Assembly (NCBI GenBank): GCA_049580385.1
Contig: JBAUPV010000020.1
Location: 13,366 to 77,365, forward strand
Length of the DNA: 64,000 bases
Origin: Desulfobaccales bacterium
GTDB taxonomy: Bacteria; Desulfobacterota; Desulfobaccia; Desulfobaccales; 0-14-0-80-60-11
Direction of reading: 5' to 3'
In this document: one piece after another, positions 56,406 to 64,000 of the stretch
Numbering within the stretch: the first letter of the stretch is position 1
Layout: each line of letters starts with the position of its first letter
Program-made: the position numbers and the translations under genes
Notes under the pieces: generated by a model
What the model was told of the DNA's origin: nothing
The model's input: the letters and a program-made list of their open reading frames with translations, nothing else
The model's database searches: none

Positions 56406-56729
56406 TCACTGCCCTGGGGCCGGCGTGCCACCACCACCGGTAGAGCCCATCGCCGCGCCCATCGGCGCAGGAGCCGCCTTCGCTGCGCCGAAGCTCTTGT
56501 TATAGGTATCCATTTCATTGGTTCCGGCCTGAGGGACCAGCCCCACCGTCGGGGTGTCCGTCAGGCCGGCCTGGGGATTGAGCACCTGCTGGGCTATATT
56601 GTTTTGCACCGAATTGCCGTAGTCCTTTTGGAGGATGTCGGGGCTGACACAACCCGCCAGCCACAACAGCGCCAGGGTCATTCCGATGAGCCCGCTTCCG
56701 GCTTTTATTCTTCGGCTCTCGTTTTTCAT
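56406..56729 (-). CDS. Small lipoprotein (possible secretin partner)
   Basis: Lipobox LLWLAGC. 107 aa with a Gly/Ala-rich tail. Lies between the secretin and TPR genes. Confidence 0.6.
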   Translation of the reverse strand: MKNESRRIKAGSGLIGMTLALLWLAGCVSPDILQKDYGNSVQNNIAQQVLNPQAGLTDTPTVGLVPQAGTNEMDTYNKSFGAAKAAPAPMGAAMGSTGGGGTPAPGQ

Positions 56730-56824
56730 TTCCAGCCTCTGCCTGAGATATGATGAAGGAATAAGTAAATGGTGAAAGGTGAAAAGGCTGGGCGGCCTTT
56801 TAACCTGTTAACCGTTCCCCGCGA

Positions 56825-58288
56825 TTACGGTTTTTGAACCCCAAAACCCGCCGGCATCGGTTGGACCGGCTGCTGGACCTGCACCGGCGCCTCCTTCGGC
56901 GCCCCCTGAGCCCACCCCAGGAAATATTTCTCATAGTCGGTGGGGTCAATCCACTTGTCATCGGACAACCGGGCCATCCCCGGGGTCACGGGCTTCACCA
57001 GGTGCGGGGTCACCAGGACCACCAGCTCGGTCTCCTGCTTCTGCCAACTGCTGGAACGGAACAGGTTCCCCAAAACGGGGACGTCCCCCAGCCAGGGAAA
57101 TTTGTTGACGACATTGGTGTCCAAGTTTTTGAGCAGCCCGGCCATGGCGATGGTCTGCCCGTCCTGGACCTCCAGATGGGTACTCATTTTCCGATCCAAG
57201 AACCCTTCAATGCTGAAGCCGGCGACCTCCACAGTCACGGTTGGATCTATTTCCGAAACCTCAGGTTCCAAGTCCATGGCGATCTTGCCGTTGTCCAGCA
57301 CCGTGGGGGTGAATTTCAAGCTCACCCCGTACGGCTTGTATTCAACGGTGACGGTGGCGGCGCCCACCGCGCTGGGCTGGGGACTCGGCACGGGATACTC
57401 GCCGCCGGCCAGGAAGGAGGCCTGCTGGCCGCTGGTGGTCACCAGGTTGGGCTCCGCCAGCACCCGCCCCAGGTTATTCTGCTTGAGGATGTTAAAGAAC
57501 ATGGTCCAAATGAGCCCGCCGGCCCTAAAACTCGCAACGCCTTGGAGATTGGAACTGAGGGATTGGCTATAGGTAGTGCCGCTGAAAGTACGGGCCAAAG
57601 CCGAGAGGGCATTCAGGGCGTTGATCTGTTGCACAAAAATATTGCCTGAGGAAGACAAGGCGGTCCAGTTGATCCCCATTTGATCCAGAACGGTTCGATC
57701 GATCTCGGCCAGGCGCACCTCCAGCATCACCTGCTGCACCCCCCCGATGTGGATCAGGTTCACCACCTTCTCCTTCTTGCCTCCGCCAAAGGAGCTCGCC
57801 AGGGAGAGCGCGGTTTCCTGGGCCATCGGCCCGGTCACCTCCCCGGAGAGCACCACGGTGTCGCCCGCGGCCTGCACCGCGATATTCTGGCCTGGCAGGA
57901 TCTGGTGCAGCTTCTCTTTCAAAAGGGTGAGGTCCGCCTCCACCGTCACGGTGGCCGAAGTGAACCGGCCTTTGCCCCAGATGCTCAGATTGGTGACCCC
58001 CGAATGGAGGCCGTTCACGTAAACTTCCCTCTCCGAGATCAGGACGATGTCGGCGATCTCCGGGTCGGCCACGGAGATGCGGGTAATGGGATAGGTCGTG
58101 CGCAGCACCTTGGATTGCCCCACCTGCAGGTGCAGCACCTGGGTGATCTCCTGATTCTTCATCCTTTCGGTCAGGTTCGCCCCGGTGGCGCTGCTCCCCC
58201 CCAATCCCCACAGCAGCACCGACACGGACAGCAACCACACCCATCTGGCTGCCATGGTCTTCACCCCCATCTCTTTAATCCTATTCAA
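56825..58288 (-). CDS. CpaC/RcpA-type secretin (outer-membrane channel of Tad/Flp-like systems)
   Basis: N-terminal pilus-formation domain LHLQVGQSKVLRTTYPITRISVADPEIADIVLISEREVYVNGLHSGVTNLSIWGK. C-terminal secretin core ...LAEPNLVTTSGQQASFLAGGEYPV...FPWLGDVPVLGNLFRS...ELVVLVTPHLV. Confidence 0.9.
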   Translation of the reverse strand: MNRIKEMGVKTMAARWVWLLSVSVLLWGLGGSSATGANLTERMKNQEITQVLHLQVGQSKVLRTTYPITRISVADPEIADIVLISEREVYVNGLHSGVTNLSIWGKGRFTSATVTVEADLTLLKEKLHQILPGQNIAVQAAGDTVVLSGEVTGPMAQETALSLASSFGGGKKEKVVNLIHIGGVQQVMLEVRLAEIDRTVLDQMGINWTALSSSGNIFVQQINALNALSALARTFSGTTYSQSLSSNLQGVASFRAGGLIWTMFFNILKQNNLGRVLAEPNLVTTSGQQASFLAGGEYPVPSPQPSAVGAATVTVEYKPYGVSLKFTPTVLDNGKIAMDLEPEVSEIDPTVTVEVAGFSIEGFLDRKMSTHLEVQDGQTIAMAGLLKNLDTNVVNKFPWLGDVPVLGNLFRSSSWQKQETELVVLVTPHLVKPVTPGMARLSDDKWIDPTDYEKYFLGWAQGAPKEAPVQVQQPVQPMPAGFGVQKP

Positions 58289-59120
58289 ATATTTTAACTA
58301 TTTTACTTAATTTTTCCAGAAGGTTAACACCTGCAACACAATAAGAATATTTGCATCAATATAATGTTAAATTGTATTTGTCAAGTTTTTTCCCGATGCA
58401 AGCCCAAAAGTGAAGAGGTATTAAAGCCGCAATAAATCAACCTGAATTCTGAATCTTGATTGCGGAGGCAATGGCCGGGCCGGGATTTATCCGAGATTAG
58501 GCGCCCGCCTGGACCCCGCAGTCGAAAGTTATGTTGCCCCTATCTTGGTGGATTGATCCGGCCTCGTAAATAGGGAAATCCCTGTTTCTTGAGGGGAGAT
58601 TCCCTTATTTATTCGAGATGGGGCGGCATCTTCAGAATGCTTGAATCTTGCTGCTAAGCTTGCTGAAACCATGGCAGCGAAGATATGTAATGGGGTTTAA
58701 CAGTCCGGAAAAGTTCCCTAATCCAGATTCTTTTCATAACATACTGGGAACTTTTCGGGATTAAATTCGGAGAGAGAGGCCACAGGCGGGTTTGGAAATG
58801 GGGCGCCTTAAGGGAGCTGCGTAATCTCCATTTATTGCATCTATTGTTGTGACCACTGGCAGGCCGGCAATGCTAGGTTATTCTTTCCCCCCAGCTAAGG
58901 GTCGTTGCCATGGTCTCGCCTTAGCTCCCCCGTTGGAGAATATCTTTTCAAAAATAGCAGTTAAAAGCGGCCAGGCTGTTATTTACAGAAGCCAATATAT
59001 CAATCTATTTTCATACGTTATGCCGATGGGCGGCTGGCGCCAACTTTGCCTTCCCGGTATGGAAACAGCCCGGATGGGAAGGTAGGCTTGGGTTGTCAAG
59101 GCGCCAATCTTGGGGGCGGG

Positions 59121-59411
59121 TCAACGCGGTAAGGGGGAGGCAATCTGTTCCAGATTGCCATCCAGGTCGCTGACGATCATTCTGCCCGAAGGCAGGCGCC
59201 AGACCCTGGTATCTCCCTCTGACTGGACAAATTCCGCAGGCACCGGGAAAACCTCCGGCAGGTTGGCCCGGATTTCCACCAGGCGGTAACTGGTAGTCCC
59301 CAGCTCCCTTTCGGTCTCCACCTGGCGCTCCTCGTAGGGCACTCCCTCCTTGTTCAGGGCCTCGGTGAGTTCGACCCGATCGGAGCCGTCCTCGTGAACT
59401 AAAATAATCAT
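59121..59411 (-). CDS. Hypothetical protein (96 aa)
   Basis: AAGGAGGAG lies 5 nt before ATG 59411. MIILVHEDGSDRVELTEALNKEGVPYEERQVETE.... I recognise no family. Confidence 0.6.
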   Translation of the reverse strand: MIILVHEDGSDRVELTEALNKEGVPYEERQVETERELGTTSYRLVEIRANLPEVFPVPAEFVQSEGDTRVWRLPSGRMIVSDLDGNLEQIASPLPR

Positions 59412-59695
59412 CTTGCTCCTCCTTGGTTAAGATGGATGGCAACCCCTCGCCCACCGCCCGAGGGCAGCCCGGGATGATTCCTGCCGCCGGACGTTGCCGG
59501 CCAATGTAAAATTAAGAAGGCGAGGGGCGATGTCAATGACTTTGGCAAGATATTCGCATGAATTTGCCAATGAACCCATTCCAAGGAATTGAGGGCGGGG
59601 CGGCCGGCTCGCCGCCTGCGCAGGACCCGGAGCCGGCGGGAAAAAATCATTGCCAGGGCTCCTTTTTGGGGCTATACTTTCCAGAAAATAGCGCC

Positions 59696-60079
59696 ATGGG
59701 AAACAAGCGAAGCCATCACGGCCGGGGCACGGCCCTGGCAGAAAGTCCCGGAGCGGACGGTTTCCAGATCAAAGGCCGCCTCTGGCTGGAAAGGGAGGGG
59801 GAGACTTACCTGAGCTGGGGCCGGGTAGTTCTCCTGGAGCGCATCCGGGAACACCACTCCATCGCCGCGGCGGCCCGTTCTCTGGACATGGCTTACAGCC
59901 ACGCCTGGTCCCTGGTGGCCGCCATGAACCGCCTGGCCGGGCGTGAGCTGGTGGGCCGCAGCTTCGGCGGCCGCCAGGGCGGCCGGGCCTGGATCACTGC
60001 TGCCGGCGAGGAGGCCATCACCCGATTTTGGCTCCTGGTGGCCGAATTCCGGGATTATTTGTCCGACCGCCAGTTTTGA
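59696..60079 (+). CDS. ModE N-terminal-domain-like winged-helix regulator (no Mop domains)
   Basis: IKGRLWLEREGETYLSWGRVVLLERIREHHSIAAAARSLDMAYSHAWSLVAAMNRLAG..LV....GG..GG.A.IT..G follows the ModE/LysR-type HTH pattern. Sits immediately upstream of wtpABC. Confidence 0.75.
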   Translation: MGNKRSHHGRGTALAESPGADGFQIKGRLWLEREGETYLSWGRVVLLERIREHHSIAAAARSLDMAYSHAWSLVAAMNRLAGRELVGRSFGGRQGGRAWITAAGEEAITRFWLLVAEFRDYLSDRQF

Positions 60080-60191
60080 GCCCACTTGCCAATTCCGGCC
60101 GGGGCGTCGGGTCCCGGGGCCGGCCCTGGGGTGAGCTGGCTCGCTCACGTAAGTGATAGAGATATTCCAAGAAAGGAAGGCTGAGGGAGTT

Positions 60192-61166
60192 ATGAGAAAA
60201 CCTCGATTCTTAGGAAGAAGTGTAGCGGTTGGGCTGGCGAGTTTGGTTTGCCTATCCCTTCTGGGCTTCCCAGCGCTGGCGGAGACTCAGGGACAGGTGA
60301 TCATCTTTAATGCCGGCTCCTTGTCCATCCCCTTAAAAGATATGGCTGCGGCCTTCAACCGGCAATATCCGCAGGTAGAGGTGCTCAGGGAGGCGGCGGG
60401 GTCGCGGATTTGCGCCAGGAAAATCATAGACTTGAAAAGGCCTTGCGATATCATGGCTTCAGCCGATTATGACGTTATCGATACCTTGTTGATCCCCAAG
60501 TATGCTTCCTGGGATATCCACTTTGCCACCAATCAGATGGCTATCATGTACCGGCCGGCCTCCAAATACGCCCGGGAGATCAACAGCAACAATTGGTACC
60601 AAATCCTCCTGCGCAAGGGGGTCCGGTATGGCCATTCTGATCCCAACGCCGATCCGGCGGGCTATAGAGCCCTGCTCACCTGGCAATTGGCCGAAAAGTA
60701 TTATAAAGCGCCGGGTCTTTATAAAGACCTCCTGGCCAACTGTCCCCCCCAGAACGTGCGTCCCAAAGAGACGGATCTGATCCCCCTTCTGGAAACGGGC
60801 CAGCTCGACTACGTCTTCATCTATAAATCCGTATGCGAGCAGCACCATCTGCCTTATGTGGCGCTTCCTGATCAAATCAACCTGGGGTCTCCGTCCTATG
60901 CAGACTTCTATAAGCAAGCCAAGCTCAAGATTTCGGGGAAGACCCCCGGCACCTTTGTTGAACAGACCGGGGCGCCCATGCTCTACGGCCTGACGATTCC
61001 CAAGAATGCGCCCCACCCGGAGTGGGCGGTCAAATTCCTGGCTTTCGTACTGGGGCCGCAGGGACGGGCGATCATGGAGAAAAACGGGCAGCACGCCATT
61101 TATCCGGCAGAGGTGTCGGGAGATGCCGCGCAGTTGCCCCCCGCACTGAAGCCCTTGGTCAAATGA
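60192..61166 (+). CDS. wtpA: WtpA-type tungstate/molybdate periplasmic binding protein
   Basis: IIFNAGSLSIPLKDMAAAFNRQYPQVEVLREAAGSRICARKI..CDIMASADYDVIDTLLIPKYASWDIHFATNQM...SKYAREINSNNWYQIL...GHSDPNADPAGYRALL..QLAEKYY closely follows the WtpA pattern as I remember it from Pyrococcus furiosus WtpA. Confidence 0.82.
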   Translation: MRKPRFLGRSVAVGLASLVCLSLLGFPALAETQGQVIIFNAGSLSIPLKDMAAAFNRQYPQVEVLREAAGSRICARKIIDLKRPCDIMASADYDVIDTLLIPKYASWDIHFATNQMAIMYRPASKYAREINSNNWYQILLRKGVRYGHSDPNADPAGYRALLTWQLAEKYYKAPGLYKDLLANCPPQNVRPKETDLIPLLETGQLDYVFIYKSVCEQHHLPYVALPDQINLGSPSYADFYKQAKLKISGKTPGTFVEQTGAPMLYGLTIPKNAPHPEWAVKFLAFVLGPQGRAIMEKNGQHAIYPAEVSGDAAQLPPALKPLVK

Positions 61167-61936
61167 CCAACTTTAAAATCGTCATATCCGGGCTGGGCGG
61201 GATTCTGCTCTTGCTCATAGTGATCCCCCTGGTCGGGATGATGGCCACCGCAAAACCCGCGGTCATGGGATCCACGATAAGCGACCCGGAGGTCATCGAG
61301 TCGATCCTCCTGACCCTGCGGGCCGCCTTGTATGCCACCCTCACGTGCCTGGTGTTTGGCATTCCTTTGGCTTATGCCCTGGCCCGGTGGAATTTTCCGG
61401 GGAAGACCCTGGTCCAGGGCACCATCGATTTGCCGGTGATGATTCCCCATACCGCTGCCGGCATCGCCCTGCTACTGGTATATGGCCCCGACTTTTTGCT
61501 GGGCAAGGCCTTTGCCAGGGTGGGCGTCACCTTTCCGGGCACCGTCGCCGGCATCAGCCTGGCCATGGCCTTTGTGTCCCTGCCGTTTCTGGTCAACGCC
61601 GCCCGGGATGGTTTTCTGGCCGTCGATCCACGCCTGGAACGCGTCGCCAGGACGCTGGGGGCTTCCCCCTGGCAGGCGTTCTTCAAGGTCAGCCTGGCGC
61701 TTTCCTGGCGGTCGATTCTCTCGGGCGCCATTTTGATGTGGGCCCGGGGAATTGCCGAATTCGGGGCAGTGGTCATGTTGACCTACCATCCCATGGTCGC
61801 CCCTATTTTGATTTGGGAGCGTTTCGAGAATTACGGCCTCAAATACGCCTCTCCCGTGGCGGTGATTCTGATCCTCCTCTGTCTGGTGTTCTTTTCCGGG
61901 CTGCGCTGGCTGGCGGGACGGAAACAGGAGGGGTAG
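61163..61936 (+). CDS. wtpB: Tungstate/molybdate ABC transporter permease
   Basis: The ATG overlaps the wtpA stop (ATGA). Six hydrophobic segments. EAA-type loop FLVNAARDGFLAVDPRLERVARTLGAS. Confidence 0.82.
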   Translation: MTNFKIVISGLGGILLLLIVIPLVGMMATAKPAVMGSTISDPEVIESILLTLRAALYATLTCLVFGIPLAYALARWNFPGKTLVQGTIDLPVMIPHTAAGIALLLVYGPDFLLGKAFARVGVTFPGTVAGISLAMAFVSLPFLVNAARDGFLAVDPRLERVARTLGASPWQAFFKVSLALSWRSILSGAILMWARGIAEFGAVVMLTYHPMVAPILIWERFENYGLKYASPVAVILILLCLVFFSGLRWLAGRKQEG

Positions 61937-63022
61937 GTGCTCAGACTTGAAGATATTTGCCTAAGGCTGGGCGAATTCCGCCTCCGGGAAATCTCCCTTA
62001 ACGTCAAGCCGGGAACCTACCTGGGGCTGCTTGGCCCCACGGGCACGGGGAAAACGGTTCTTCTCGAAACTATCGCCGGGGTGCACACCGTAAGCCGCGG
62101 CCGCATCTATATCAGGGGGCAGGAGGCGACTCACCTGGCGCCGGAAAAAAGGCATCTGGGCATAGTCTATCAGGATTATGCCCTGTTTCCGCATCTCACG
62201 GTTTTCGAGAACATTGCCTTCGGGCTGCGCCTGCAAGGCCGCCCCAGACGGAATATCCATAAAGCCGTGGAAAAAATGGCCGCCTTTCTGGAAATCGGGC
62301 CTTTGCTCCAGCGACGCCCCCACCGGCTATCCGGAGGGGAGCGCCAGCGCGTCGCCCTGGCCCGGGCCTTAGTGCTGGAACCTTACGTGCTGTTGCTCGA
62401 CGAGCCCTTGAGCGCCCTGGACCACGCCACCAAGAGTCGCATCCAAAAAGAACTGAAAAGGATCCACACCGAACTGGGGGTGACGATTATCCACATCACG
62501 CATGATGTCGCCGAAGCTTGCTTCCTGGCCGACCGCCTGGCGGTGATGAAAGATGGACGGATCCTCCAGGAAGGGTCCCCGGAGGAGGTGTGCCGGTATC
62601 CCCGGAGCTATGACGTCGCCGAACTGATGGGTATCGAGAACCTGATCGCCGCCAAAGTCGAGGATCAACGATTGGTGACGGCGATGGGGGACCTCGATTT
62701 GGGGCAGGTTGCCGGGCCCGCCGGCGAGCTGCCCGGACGGATCTGCCTGACCCTGCCGGGCTGGAGTGTGGTGCTCTTCCCGGCCGGGGAGCCCCAGGAT
62801 TATTTGTGGCAGGGGAGCCTGAGGATTGCTGAGGTCCATCAGGTGGACGGCGCCGGCATGGTTTCGCTGATTCTGGTCCATGCCGGAGGGGAGTCCCTTA
62901 AGACCTACCTTTCTCCCCGGGAGACGGAAGCCCATGCCGCCGCACTTAAGGTTGGGATGACCGTGAGCGTGGGCCTGCTCGGCAAAGGGGCGCACTGGGT
63001 GCCCCAGGAAGCGTCGGTTTAG
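61937..63022 (+). CDS. wtpC: Tungstate/molybdate ABC transporter ATP-binding protein with a C-terminal regulatory (TOBE-like) domain
   Basis: GPTGTGKT, LSGGERQRVALARAL, LLLDEPLSALD. GTG start abutting wtpB. Confidence 0.82.
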   Translation: MLRLEDICLRLGEFRLREISLNVKPGTYLGLLGPTGTGKTVLLETIAGVHTVSRGRIYIRGQEATHLAPEKRHLGIVYQDYALFPHLTVFENIAFGLRLQGRPRRNIHKAVEKMAAFLEIGPLLQRRPHRLSGGERQRVALARALVLEPYVLLLDEPLSALDHATKSRIQKELKRIHTELGVTIIHITHDVAEACFLADRLAVMKDGRILQEGSPEEVCRYPRSYDVAELMGIENLIAAKVEDQRLVTAMGDLDLGQVAGPAGELPGRICLTLPGWSVVLFPAGEPQDYLWQGSLRIAEVHQVDGAGMVSLILVHAGGESLKTYLSPRETEAHAAALKVGMTVSVGLLGKGAHWVPQEASV

Positions 63023-63134
63023 AGAGGCCGGCCAAGTTGGCAGGATAAGTGACCCCGCCGGCTCCCAAATCAGGACGCTACCCGGCGCCGGATTTCTTGA
63101 CAAGGGGGGTGCATCTGATAAAATTTCTGGGCGC

Positions 63135-63211
63135 GGGCGATTAGCTCAGGTGGATAGAGCGTTGGTCTCCGGAACCAAAGGTCGGGCGTTCGAGTCGCCC
63201 ATCGCCCGCCA
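63135..63211 (+). tRNA. tRNA-Arg (anticodon CCG), CCA encoded
   Basis: Hand fold: GGGCGAT-TA-GCTC-AGGTGGATA-GAGC-G-TTGGT-CTCCGGA-ACCAA-AGGTC-GGGCG-TTCGAGT-CGCCC-ATCGCCC-G-CCA. Confidence 0.93.
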
Positions 63212-64000
63212 AATAATATCAATAACTTAAGGCCAGCCCAGCGCCGCCCGATAATGGTGCGTTAGGGGAAAGGCGAAGGCACAGTCTTCTTGGCTCATGG
63301 GACTGAATATAGCTTGCCACTATACGCCCTTTCGCTAATCTTTCCATATGGTTCGTATATCGGAGCCTTTCAAAAATCGCCTCTCAGTAAATGCGTCTGG
63401 CGCATTCGCAGGGAGTGTTCCTACGGTCACAAATGCCCAGCCGACCGGCGAGGATTTTTCATCAAAAATTTTGAGGCCGGCCTCATACCAGCGGGGGCCT
63501 GCTGCTCTCGCCCCTCGATGGATTTTTGAAAAAATTCCCCTGCCACTCATTATGACCAGGGGGGGTGGAGTCCCTTCCCGCGGGGTTTTGATTCCGGGGC
63601 CGAAAATCCTTCAGGCCGGGATCGGGCGGGACCGGAGCAACCGAGCCGGGATGGTGACGCACCACAGGGGGGTGATAGACGGCAACGCAGGGCCAGGGGA
63701 GGGACGCGCCAGACGCCAAAAGGTAAACGGAGATGAGCAGGACCTTTTCGCTTCCCCTCAAGCGGCCCTCTGAGAAGCCCCACATTGAACGGATAGGCCA
63801 CCCCTTACCCCAACCCTTGCCCCTGGGGCAATCGCTTAAAATGCCCCACTTGGACGAGGGAAAATTGGGAAATCGGGGGGCCCTTGAGGTTGGATCACGC
63901 CAAGGGCCTGACCCGGGAACAGCTTCAGTCGACTAAAATGAATGAATATACCAAACTCCCGGATGACCTGAAAGATATGGTGCCCTCCGGGTCAAAAAAA

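Noticed and set aside
63212-64000. Possible integrated element after tRNA-Arg: several overlapping 60-140-aa ORFs and a partial ORF starting at 63937.
   Set aside because: There is no integrase-like sequence, no repeat of the tRNA 3' end, and no ORF with an RBS or recognisable motif. The window ends too soon to judge.

Overview
High-GC bacterial chromosome segment (most genes look about 60% GC, with a few clearly AT-richer islands). The gene content points to a strict anaerobe: a glycyl radical enzyme with its activase, two cobalamin-type radical SAM proteins, a tungsten-type aldehyde:ferredoxin oxidoreductase (AOR) with MoaD/ThiF partners, a WtpABC tungstate importer and an ADP-forming acetyl-CoA synthetase. 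The lineage cannot be assigned from sequence alone; a Desulfobacterota-like organism is only a guess. I can support about 55 protein genes, 2 tRNAs (Thr-CGU, Arg-CCG), one intact IS1634/IS4-like transposase, an IS3 OrfA remnant and two apparently frameshifted genes. There are also in-frame tandem repeats and a dispersed family of short GC-rich hairpin (REP-like) repeats. I saw no CRISPR array, rRNA or prophage. The best candidates for something undescribed are as follows. (1) At 18.2-25.3 kb, a glycyl-radical-enzyme operon carries an SCP2-like lipid-carrier gene between the enzyme and its activase. It is bracketed by two B12-type radical SAM genes and lies next to a FadL/TodX outer-membrane channel plus membrane-inserted metallophosphoesterase operon and a zinc-ribbon/cyclase/STAND signalling protein. 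(2) A 21-bp perfect palindrome plus promoter block occurs three times (2990, 9437, 10347). Two copies drive about 100-nt terminator-ended paralogous transcripts that show a compensatory base-pair change, and they sit beside an orphan NarL-type two-component system in a low-GC island. (3) A family of secreted His/Trp/Tyr-rich proteins includes near-perfect 51-bp tandem repeats encoding a PNGNAYGWNGQNRQ unit. (4) An AOR-family protein lacks the canonical CxxCxxxC cluster motif. (5) An orphan CpaC-type secretin operon has TPR/LytR_C lipoproteins but no pilus machinery. All functional calls come from motif recognition by eye; no database search was possible.
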